From: Nannocystis sp.
GTDB taxonomy: Bacteria; Myxococcota_A; Polyangia; Nannocystales; Nannocystaceae
Assembly: GCF_016717175.1 (NCBI RefSeq)
Contig: NZ_JADKFZ010000004.1
Direction: 5' to 3' (one strand)
Length of the DNA stretch: 64,000 nt
The notes under the pieces are model-generated. The model saw only the letters and a program-made list of their open reading frames with translations, was not told the origin of the DNA and made no database searches. This document shows, one piece after another, positions 38,918 to 47,529 of the stretch. A program made the position numbers and the translations under genes. Every line of letters begins with the position of its first letter. Position 1 is the first letter of the stretch.

Positions 38918-40810
38918 ATGACGACCTCCCGAGCCTCTGATCTCAACCTCCTCATGGTCCACGCCGACGATCACGCGCCGGTGCTGGCCGACGGGCTCGC
39001 CGAATCGACGGCGTGCGGGCAATCGATCCCCACACAATCGGACGAGGCGAGTCATTTTTGGGACGAGGGCGGCGACCCCAATGATATCGAGGTCCAGCGC
39101 TGGGGCGTGATCGCCCCGCAGGGCCCCGAGGGTGACCGTCTGCTCGCGCTGATCAAGCCGCTGATGGCGCATCGCCAGGCGCAGCAGCAGGGCGAGCCCA
39201 TCAAGGTGTATCGCGCGCCGCCGCAGATGACCCAGGACGAGGCGATGCGCTGGAAGAAGCGGGAGTTCGATACCGGCGCCGATCTCAACATTGAGGTCCC
39301 CCGCTATCAACTGATCCTGGGCGACCTCGATCAGGTCCCGCTCGCGCTGCAGCAGGTCCAGGCCAGCGATGGTTATGTCGGCCGCCTCGCCTTCGACAAA
39401 GCGGAGGACTACGCCGCCTATGTCGACAAGGTGCTGCGCTGGGAGCGGAGCGCCGCGGGCCGCGACAAGCCCGACTCGCTGTTCTTCACCGTCCACGACG
39501 GCACCGCGGCCACCGCCGTCGGCCACCGCGCCCTGGTCGCCCCCGGCGTCGAGGTGGTGCGCAAGCGCCAGCGCTCCGGGCAATATCCGGCGAAGGATAT
39601 CGTCGAGTTCGGGGACCCCGTGACGCCCTCGCCCGACGAGCTGCTCGCGCGCGCGGAGGGTCAGGAGGCCAGCGTGCTGTTCACGCTCAGCCACGGCGAG
39701 GGCGCGCCCCGGGGCGGCTGGAGCTCGCCGGAGGAGCAGCGCCGCCGGCAGGGCGCGATGAGCTTCGGCCGCGAGGGCCGGATCTGCGGCGAGGATCTGC
39801 GCAGCCGCCCATTCATGCCTGGCGGCGTGTGGTTCATGCTGGCCTGTTATGGCGCGGGCACCCCGAACAGCAGCGCATACAAGCATTGGCTGGCGGCCCT
39901 CGCCGCGGCCGGACAATTTCGTGGCAAGCCCGAGGCGGTGCTCGCGGGGCTGCCAGGACCGCGGGACCGGCCCTTCACGTCCGCGCTCGCGCAGGCGGTG
40001 CTCGCCAACCCGAACGGCCCGCTCGGGTTCATGAGCCACATCGACCTCGCGTGGACCTACAGCTTCCAGGAGCTCGACTCGGGCGCGACCAACCGGCCGG
40101 CGCGCTACATGGCGATCACCCGCTCGATCCTCAAGCGGGACCGCGTCGGCGTGGCGATGCGCGAGCTGCTGCGCTTCTTCGACCAGACGAACGTCGAGCT
40201 GACGAGCCTGTACGATCAGGAGGCCCGCCAGCGATCCGCGGGCGAGCCCGTGCAGGTCGACGCGGCCCGCCAGGGCCACCTGTGGATGCTGCGCCAGGAC
40301 CTCGCGGCGTACGTGCTCCTCGGCGACCCCGCCGTGCGCCTGCCGGACGGCGGCTCCGCGGGCGGCCCGACGTCGCCGGCAGCGACGGCGGCTCCGATCA
40401 CCGTCACGACGGCCGCGGCTGCCGAGCCCGCGTCGCCAGCAGCGACACCGGCTCCGATCACTGTCACGACGGCCCCGGTTGCCGAGCCCGCGTCGCCCGC
40501 ACCGGCACCGGCCGCGATCGTCGCGGCGCCCGGACCGGCCGCAGTCGCCGCGGCGAGCAGCGATTCGTTCGCGATCCCTGCGCCCGCGGCATCGGCTGCG
40601 AGACCGGCTGTGCCGGTCGCCGACACCCCGCGCGACGCTGCTGTCGACGCCTCGCAGGTCGCGCTCGAGGAGGCCGTCGCCCAGTGCATCCTCGCCGACC
40701 TCGCGGTGACGAGCGCCGCGGCCCGCGTCGGCCTGTCCCGCGACGCGCTCACCCAGCTCGTCGCCCGCTACCGCGAGATCGGCCGACGCGCGCTCGTCGG
40801 CGGAGAGTGA
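38918..40810 (+). CDS. Clan-CD-like (caspase/gingipain-type His-Cys dyad) peptidase domain + PT/PA-rich linker + C-terminal HTH-like domain
   Basis: FTLSHGEGAPRGGW (His) and VWFMLACYGAGTP (Cys); C-terminal LADLAVTSAAARVGLSRDALTQLVARYREIGRRAL; paralog of 56831-58808. Confidence 0.55.
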   Translation: MTTSRASDLNLLMVHADDHAPVLADGLAESTACGQSIPTQSDEASHFWDEGGDPNDIEVQRWGVIAPQGPEGDRLLALIKPLMAHRQAQQQGEPIKVYRAPPQMTQDEAMRWKKREFDTGADLNIEVPRYQLILGDLDQVPLALQQVQASDGYVGRLAFDKAEDYAAYVDKVLRWERSAAGRDKPDSLFFTVHDGTAATAVGHRALVAPGVEVVRKRQRSGQYPAKDIVEFGDPVTPSPDELLARAEGQEASVLFTLSHGEGAPRGGWSSPEEQRRRQGAMSFGREGRICGEDLRSRPFMPGGVWFMLACYGAGTPNSSAYKHWLAALAAAGQFRGKPEAVLAGLPGPRDRPFTSALAQAVLANPNGPLGFMSHIDLAWTYSFQELDSGATNRPARYMAITRSILKRDRVGVAMRELLRFFDQTNVELTSLYDQEARQRSAGEPVQVDAARQGHLWMLRQDLAAYVLLGDPAVRLPDGGSAGGPTSPAATAAPITVTTAAAAEPASPAATPAPITVTTAPVAEPASPAPAPAAIVAAPGPAAVAAASSDSFAIPAPAASAARPAVPVADTPRDAAVDASQVALEEAVAQCILADLAVTSAAARVGLSRDALTQLVARYREIGRRALVGGE

Positions 40811-40817
40811 AGTCAAC

Positions 40818-41642
40818 ATGGGTATCGGCGACCGCTTCGGAAAATTTCTCAAGGACGAGCTGGACTGCCGCTCGGTGTGGCCGCCGGTGCTCACGCCGAT
40901 GCAGCTCGGCGACTACGGCGTCACGGATGGAGCGAGCTTCCAGAAGCTCGGCAACATCACGGACTTCGGGCTCACGCTGGAGATCGAGGTCGGGCAACCG
41001 TCGAGCCTGAACCTCGTGTCCAGCGGCGTGAAGCAGACGCGCCTCGCCGCAGGCGCCGCCGTCCCCGCGTTCCAGGGGCTCGGCAACGTCGCCGCGAAGC
41101 TGGGCATCGAGTTCTCGCGCAGCGAGAGCTTCGTGCTCAAGTGCCGCCGGGTCGAGCGCACGCAGATCCGCAACCTCGGCGCCCTGGCGCTGCGCCTGTC
41201 GCGGGCCAGGACCGCGGACGGTCAGGCCTGGAAGCACCTCGCGTGGAAGATCGTGTGGCAGCTCTACAGCGGCTGCGACGTGGTGTTCCTCGCCACCCGC
41301 GGCGCCGGCACGCGGGTCGAGTTCAGCGGCAGCGCCGACGCGCTGCAGCAGCTCGAGATGGGCTCGCTCAGCGCCGGGATCGGCGTGCAGACCAGCCACA
41401 GCCTCGGCTGCGAGGTGCTCGGGCAGAGCGGGCCGGTCGGCTACGGCCTCGCGCGCGTCAAGGTCATCGGCGCTGGCGTGAAGTTCTTCTCCTCCGATCT
41501 CGAGGAGGAGGAGGCCGACGCCGTCGAGCACCTGAGCGCCGAAGAACCACCCCTCGAGTCGCTCGCGGACGAGGACGAGCCGGCCGCCGACGCCGGGCCC
41601 GTCACCGCCGATCCCGCGGCGCCCACCAAGGAGCCATCATGA
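40818..41642 (+). CDS. Hypothetical beta-rich protein with ~50-aa acidic C-terminal tail; candidate pore-forming (gasdermin-like) effector
   Basis: 274 aa; N-terminus MGIGDRFGKFLKDEL; many amphipathic beta-strand segments; tail SSDLEEEEADAVEHLSAEEPPLESLADEDEPAADAG; stop overlaps next start (ATGA). Confidence 0.5.
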   Translation: MGIGDRFGKFLKDELDCRSVWPPVLTPMQLGDYGVTDGASFQKLGNITDFGLTLEIEVGQPSSLNLVSSGVKQTRLAAGAAVPAFQGLGNVAAKLGIEFSRSESFVLKCRRVERTQIRNLGALALRLSRARTADGQAWKHLAWKIVWQLYSGCDVVFLATRGAGTRVEFSGSADALQQLEMGSLSAGIGVQTSHSLGCEVLGQSGPVGYGLARVKVIGAGVKFFSSDLEEEEADAVEHLSAEEPPLESLADEDEPAADAGPVTADPAAPTKEPS

Positions 41643-43009
41643 TCACGATCGTCCTCAGCGACATTCACCTCGGCAACGGCGCGGGCTACGACATCTTCGC
41701 CGGCGACGCCGTGCTGCCCCCGGTGCTCACGGCCGCGGCCAGGCAGCGCGCGCGCGTCATCCTCAACGGCGACACCTTCGACTTCCTCATGAACGAGGAC
41801 CCGCTCGAGCTCGACGCGGCGCGGGCCACGGCCCAGGCGCGGGCGATCGTCGCCAACCCCTCGACCGCGGCGGTGATGGCCGGCCTCGGCGAGGTGCTCG
41901 CGGCCGGAGGCGAGGTCGTGCTGCGCCTCGGCAACCACGACGCCGAGGTCGCGCTCGCCGAGGTCCAGGCGGTCCTGCGTGGCGCGCTGCAGCAGCCGCC
42001 CGAGGTCGCCGCCCGCCTGGCCTTCGAGCGCGGCGACAACCCCTCGCTGCTCACGGTCGGCGGGGCCCGGATCTTGCTCGCCCACGGCGAACACAACGAC
42101 CCGTGGAATCGCCTCGACTACAAGAACCTCCCGAGCGCCGGCGACGGCCCCAAGTTTCGCTACCCGCCCGGCTCGCGCCTGGTCAAGACGCTGCTCAACC
42201 CGCTCAAGCGCGGCTTCGGCATGCGCTTCGCCGATCTGCTCAAGCCCGACTTCCAGGGCGCGGTGCTCACGGCCCTCGCCGTCGACCCGACCTCGATGCG
42301 CCTGATCTTCCAGGGCAACACGGCCAGGTTGTTGTGGCAGCTGTTTCGTAAGAGCGGGGAGGGCATGACCTTCGCCGACGGCGAGGAGGGCGAGGGCAAC
42401 CTCGGCATCGCCGACGCCCTCGACCAGGCCGGGCTCTCCGCGGACGAGCGCGCCGCGATGGAGTCGGCCGTCGACCCCGAGGGCGCCGCGACCTTCGCCG
42501 ACGAGGATGTGCTCGATGGGGCCCGCTTCAAGCTCGCCCGCGCCGGCCTCAAGCTGTACGCCGCGGCCCAGCGGGCCCTGACTGGCACCACCGGCGACCG
42601 CTACTTCGACCTCCGCCCCGACGACGGCGAATGGACCGAGGCCCGCCGTCTCGCGGACAAGTTCGCGGCCGACGCGGTCGTGCTCGGCCACACCCACTCG
42701 GCCCGCTGGAAGCAGGAGCCCGGCCTCGCGTTCGTCAACACGGGCACGTGGATCCACCTCATGCGCCTGCCCGCCGCCAGCGACGACGACGCGACCTGGC
42801 TCGGCTTCCTCGACACGATCCGCCGCAACCCGTCGCTCGACGCGGCGCGCGGCCCCGCGGCCCCGCTGGTCACGCGCTTCACTGGCCTCGTGATCCACGA
42901 AGACCCCGCGGGCGGGGCGCTGCTGCAGCTGGTCGAGTGGCAGGCCGGCGCGGCACCGGCGGTGCTCGCCTCGGGCGCGGTCGCGGCGCGCAGCACCGCG
43001 GCTCGATAG
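41639..43009 (+). CDS. Calcineurin-like metallophosphoesterase (paralog 2)
   Basis: IVLSDIHLGNG, ILNGDTFDF, LGNHDAE, LGHTHS, NTGTW motifs. Confidence 0.75.
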   Translation: MITIVLSDIHLGNGAGYDIFAGDAVLPPVLTAAARQRARVILNGDTFDFLMNEDPLELDAARATAQARAIVANPSTAAVMAGLGEVLAAGGEVVLRLGNHDAEVALAEVQAVLRGALQQPPEVAARLAFERGDNPSLLTVGGARILLAHGEHNDPWNRLDYKNLPSAGDGPKFRYPPGSRLVKTLLNPLKRGFGMRFADLLKPDFQGAVLTALAVDPTSMRLIFQGNTARLLWQLFRKSGEGMTFADGEEGEGNLGIADALDQAGLSADERAAMESAVDPEGAATFADEDVLDGARFKLARAGLKLYAAAQRALTGTTGDRYFDLRPDDGEWTEARRLADKFAADAVVLGHTHSARWKQEPGLAFVNTGTWIHLMRLPAASDDDATWLGFLDTIRRNPSLDAARGPAAPLVTRFTGLVIHEDPAGGALLQLVEWQAGAAPAVLASGAVAARSTAAR

Positions 43010-43048
43010 GGCCCGCACGTCGACACGCGCGCCACGTCGCGCTCGTCC

Positions 43049-46000
43049 GTGCGGTGCACGAAGCACGATCGCCCGCGCCAGGTGTGTATCTTGGGCGCCG
43101 TGGTGCTGCGCGAGGTGAACCCGGAGCCGGCCCCCAGCGACGTCGCGCTGCTCGACGCCTCGACGGTCCACGGACCTGCAGCGTCGCCCGCGACCGCGGC
43201 CGACGCTCCGCCGCCCGCGGCCCCGGGCGCGACCCCGCCGCTGACGCCGGCGTGGATCGGCCGCTTCCTCGTCATCGAGCCGCTCGGGGCCGGCGGCATG
43301 GGCCAGGTCTATGCCGCCTACGATCCCGAGCTCGATCGCAAGGTCGCGCTCAAGCTGCTGCACGGCCACGTCGACGCCGGTGACCGGCACGGCGCCGAGC
43401 GCCTCCACCGGGAGGCCCAGGCCATGGCCAGGCTCTCGCACCCGAACGTGGTCACGGTCCACGAGATCGGCGGGCACGCGGGCCAAATTTTCATCGCCAT
43501 GGAGCTGGTCGCCGGCGTCGACCTCGGCCGCTGGCTCGCCGCGGAGCCGCGGCCCTGGGGGGCCGTGCTCGCCATGTTCCGCGCCGCCGGCGAGGGCCTC
43601 GCGGCCGCCCACGAGGCCGGCCTGGTCCATCGCGACTTCAAGCCCGCCAACGTGCTCGTCGGCGACGACGGTCGGGCGCGGGTCGCCGACTTCGGCCTCG
43701 TCCATGCCTCGGGCTCACCGACGACGAGGCCCGGTCACGCCGCCGACGTACGGACCGGGGCCGGCGCCGTGATGGGCACGCCCGCGTACATGGCCCCAGA
43801 GCAGCTGCGCGGCGAGGCGACCGACGCCCGCACCGACGTGTTCGCGTTCTGCCTCGCGCTGTGGGAGGCGTTGCTCGGCAGCCGCCCCTTCGCGGCTGGA
43901 TCGCTGGACCTGCGCCTGCAAGCGATCGAGCGCGGCCTCCCGGACGACCCGCCGCGCCTGCCCCTGCGCGAGCGCTGGCTGCGGCCCCTGCTGCGCCGCG
44001 GCCTCGCGGCGGACCCCGATGCGCGCTGGCCCGGCATGCGGCCGCTGCTCGCCGCCCTCGCCCACGACCCCGTGCTCACGCGGGCCCGTCGCCGACGCAC
44101 CGCGCTGTTCACCGCCGTGTCCCTCGCTCTCGGCGCCGCGCTGCTGTTCGGCGGCTCGGCGCTGTGGTCCTTCGCCCGGACCTACGCGCGCGAGTCGGGG
44201 GCGCAGGCCCGCCTCGAGGCCACGCTCCTGCGCCTCGGTGCGCTGCGGAGCGAGGGCAGCCACGACGAGGCCGAGCGGGTGTTCGCCGGCTTCCTGGCCG
44301 CGCCCGAACATCACGGCACCCGGGCGGAGGTCCAGGCGCGCCGCTGGCAGGCCGAGGACCGGCGCCAGCGCGGCGACCTCGACGGGGCGATCGACGCCTA
44401 CACCAGTGCGTACGCCGCGACCAGGCACGCCGACCAGGTGCCCGAGCTGCTGCTCGGCCTCGCCGCCGTGTTCCGCGAGCGCCAGGCCTGGGCGTCGCTC
44501 AGCTGGGTGCTCGCCACCCTCGAGACGATGCCGTCCATGGCGCCGCGCATCGCCCGGCTGCAACGTGATGTCGCGCTGCACCGCCGCGACGTCGCTACCG
44601 CCGCTGGCCTCGACCCCGCCGGCGCCGCGCTGTTTGCCGCGCTCGGCCAGGCCGAGGCCAGCGACCTGCGGGCCCGCCGCGCCGAGACGATCGACCTCGA
44701 AGGCGACGGCGCGACCTCGGTGATGTTGTGGGCGTCGCTGGCCGGCACTGCGCAGGTGAAGCTGGTCCGCGCCACCCGCGGGCTGCCCGCGATTGCCACT
44801 TTCGACGACACGCTCCACCACGTCGTGCCCCACACCGCCCCGGGCCCCGGGCGCGTCGTCGGCGAGCAGCGCCGCCTGCTCGTGTGGGACGGCGCCCGCT
44901 TCGTCCAGGAGGCCGAATGGCCCGGGGGCTTCGCGGCCGCGGTCGCCAGCGCCGACCTCGACGGCGACCATGCCCGCGAGGTCTACGTCGGCATCAGCCG
45001 CAACGGCCGCCGTCTCCTCGGGCTGCGCCCGGGTCCGTCTGGCTGGGAGAAATTCATCCCTGCGCCCGGCCTCAGCGCCGACGCCGAGGTCCTCGCCCTC
45101 GCCGCGGGTGACCTCGACGGTGATGGTCGCGACGAGCTGGTCGCCGCGCTCGGTCCGCCGGTCAGCCACGGCCTGCGGGTGCTGCGGTCCGGTGCACCGG
45201 CGTTCCCGCTGGTCTCGTGGGTGCACCGGCGTCACGGCACCATCACGGACCTCCAGATCGTGCCCGGGCGCGCCGGCCCGCGGCTCGCGGTCGCCAGCAC
45301 GGTCGATCCGGCGGCGCACCCGGAGGACCCGCCCGCCGGCCTGCATCTCTACCGCCTCCACGGCGGCGAGCTGATCGCGGACGCCCAATACCTGCTCGAG
45401 CCCGGCGCCACGCTGCGCCACCTCGTCGTCGCGGACCTCGACGGCGACGGCGAGCCCGAGCTGATCGGCGAGGTGCAGCGCGGCGAGGAGGTCGACCTGG
45501 CGATCTTCCGCCCCGAGTCCGCCGGCGGCAGCCTGCGCATCAGCGGGCTCTTGCCCCTGACGGCGGTCCAGCTCGACGCGGACCTCGCCGACGAGCTCCT
45601 GGTCGCCGATACCCTCGACGACGATCGAGTGTGGACCCTCGGCGTCGGCGACCAGGCGCTCCCGATCCGCGACCTCGGTCGCCCACCGGTCGCCGTCCCG
45701 CCGCCTCCGGGTGTCGCCGACGACCCGGTGCAGCGCGGGCAGTGGACCCGCGCCGACGAGCTCGCCGGACTCGGGCTGCTCGACGCCGCCAGCCAGCGCT
45801 TCGCCGAGCTCGGCGCCTCCTTGCCGCAGGGCCCGCCTCGCGCGGCCACCCTGGCCCGCGCCGGCGAGCTCGCCGCGGACGCCGGCCTGCTCGCGCGCGC
45901 AGCCGGTCTGTTCGCGGCGGCGGCCGCGGACGACCCGGCCCACCTCGCGCGCGCAGCCGACAGCTGGGAGCGCCTCGGTCGCTTCGACGACGCCCGCCGC

Positions 46001-47407
46001 ACGCTGCGCGCGCTCGGCCCAGCCGACCCGGCCATCGCGGCCGAGCTCGCCCGCTACGAGCAACTCGTGGCCAGCGAGCGGGTGCTCCGCTTCGACGGGC
46101 AGCTCGACCCCGCCTGGCGAGCCCACGACCCGCTGCGCCTCCGCCACGATCCGCTGCGCACCACCCTCGTCGCCGAGCTCGACGCCGGGGCCCCGGTGCT
46201 GTCGCTGCCGTTTGTCGCCGGCCCCGACTTCTCCGTCCGCATCGAGCTCTCGCTCGCCGAGATCGGCCTCGGCGGCAGCTTCGGCTTTCAACTCGCCGAC
46301 AGCTGCGACGCCAAGCAGGCGCGCCACGTCGTCGTCCGCGCCGCCGCCGAGCACGGCGCCAGCGCGGACCCTGGCGCTCGCCTGGTCGTCAGCTTCCGCG
46401 CCGCCGAGGTCGCCGCCGACATCCCGCTGCCGACCCCGGACCAACGCCTCGCGATCGAGCTGGTCCAGCTCGGCAGCCTCGGCGAGCAGCGCCTGAGCCT
46501 CTCCGTCGACGACGTCGTGGTCGGCACCCGAGGCCGTCCGCTCGCCGACCCGCAGCGCCCGGGTTGCCTCGCCATCAAGCGCACCCAAAAGCCCGGCGGG
46601 ATCGCGGCCCCGTGGTCGCGTGTCGAGCTGCACCGCGTCACCACCCGCGGGCTCACCCTGCTCGCGCCCCCGCCCGACCCGTGGGCGCAGGCCGGCGCGC
46701 ACCTCATCGCGGGCGACGGTGCGGCCGCGCTCGCGGCCCTGGCCGTCGCCGAGGCCGCCGGCGAGCCAGCGCCGCCCGAGCTGCCGGTGTGGCGGGCGCT
46801 CGCCCTGGCCACCGCCGGTCGCGGCGGCGAGGCGGTCGCCTTGCTGCGCGAGCGCATCGACATCGACGCACTGGACGCGCCCCTCCAGCGCGCCGCCATC
46901 CGACTCCTGCGCGGGCGACCCGAGCTCGCACCGCTGTTGCAGGACGCCCTCGGGCCCGGCTATCTGCCGCTGTTCGTGGCCGCCTGGGCGCCGCTGCTGG
47001 CCAATGACCTGCGCCGCCCGACCACCCTGCACGCCCTGCTCGAGCACCCGCCGCGCCTGGACCTCCCGACCGAGGCGCCGCTCTCCGAGGCGATCCTGGC
47101 ACTGCGGGTCGCCCGGGTCGCCGCCTTCGCCCAGCTCGGGCAGCCGGCCCGCGCCGCCCGCGAGCTCGCCGAGATCGACCTGACGCAGGCCGCCGCCACG
47201 CGCGAGACCCGGGCCCCGCTGCGCGCCGCGCTGCCCCGCCTCGCGGCGCTGGAGCTCGCCGGCGGCCACCCAGAAGCCGCCTTCGCGCACCTCCACATGC
47301 TGGCGCAGGTGTGCAGCCCGGAGGTCTTCGCCGACCTCGTGAGCGCCGAGCCCGGCCTGCTCGCGCTGCAGAGCGACCCCCGCTGGCGCGAGTTGCCCGG
47401 CGTCTGA
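43049..47407 (+). CDS. Hanks-type Ser/Thr protein kinase, single TM, large extracytoplasmic FG-GAP/beta-propeller + helical domains
   Basis: LGAGGMGQVY, VALK, HRDFKPANVLV, DFGL, GTPAYMAPE; TM ALFTAVSLALGAALLFGG; repeated DLDGDG..EL units; start uncertain within first ~60 codons. Confidence 0.8.
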   Translation: MRCTKHDRPRQVCILGAVVLREVNPEPAPSDVALLDASTVHGPAASPATAADAPPPAAPGATPPLTPAWIGRFLVIEPLGAGGMGQVYAAYDPELDRKVALKLLHGHVDAGDRHGAERLHREAQAMARLSHPNVVTVHEIGGHAGQIFIAMELVAGVDLGRWLAAEPRPWGAVLAMFRAAGEGLAAAHEAGLVHRDFKPANVLVGDDGRARVADFGLVHASGSPTTRPGHAADVRTGAGAVMGTPAYMAPEQLRGEATDARTDVFAFCLALWEALLGSRPFAAGSLDLRLQAIERGLPDDPPRLPLRERWLRPLLRRGLAADPDARWPGMRPLLAALAHDPVLTRARRRRTALFTAVSLALGAALLFGGSALWSFARTYARESGAQARLEATLLRLGALRSEGSHDEAERVFAGFLAAPEHHGTRAEVQARRWQAEDRRQRGDLDGAIDAYTSAYAATRHADQVPELLLGLAAVFRERQAWASLSWVLATLETMPSMAPRIARLQRDVALHRRDVATAAGLDPAGAALFAALGQAEASDLRARRAETIDLEGDGATSVMLWASLAGTAQVKLVRATRGLPAIATFDDTLHHVVPHTAPGPGRVVGEQRRLLVWDGARFVQEAEWPGGFAAAVASADLDGDHAREVYVGISRNGRRLLGLRPGPSGWEKFIPAPGLSADAEVLALAAGDLDGDGRDELVAALGPPVSHGLRVLRSGAPAFPLVSWVHRRHGTITDLQIVPGRAGPRLAVASTVDPAAHPEDPPAGLHLYRLHGGELIADAQYLLEPGATLRHLVVADLDGDGEPELIGEVQRGEEVDLAIFRPESAGGSLRISGLLPLTAVQLDADLADELLVADTLDDDRVWTLGVGDQALPIRDLGRPPVAVPPPPGVADDPVQRGQWTRADELAGLGLLDAASQRFAELGASLPQGPPRAATLARAGELAADAGLLARAAGLFAAAAADDPAHLARAADSWERLGRFDDARRTLRALGPADPAIAAELARYEQLVASERVLRFDGQLDPAWRAHDPLRLRHDPLRTTLVAELDAGAPVLSLPFVAGPDFSVRIELSLAEIGLGGSFGFQLADSCDAKQARHVVVRAAAEHGASADPGARLVVSFRAAEVAADIPLPTPDQRLAIELVQLGSLGEQRLSLSVDDVVVGTRGRPLADPQRPGCLAIKRTQKPGGIAAPWSRVELHRVTTRGLTLLAPPPDPWAQAGAHLIAGDGAAALAALAVAEAAGEPAPPELPVWRALALATAGRGGEAVALLRERIDIDALDAPLQRAAIRLLRGRPELAPLLQDALGPGYLPLFVAAWAPLLANDLRRPTTLHALLEHPPRLDLPTEAPLSEAILALRVARVAAFAQLGQPARAARELAEIDLTQAAATRETRAPLRAALPRLAALELAGGHPEAAFAHLHMLAQVCSPEVFADLVSAEPGLLALQSDPRWRELPGV

Positions 47408-47529
47408 GAGCCCCCGCCCGGCTGGGTTCACAAGCCAGCGACGGCTCCGTCGAGCTCTCGTTGGCGGGGGCCCTCGCGTGTCGATCGTCGATCGACCGCG
47501 GCACCCACGGATATCAAGGGAGTGGGAGC

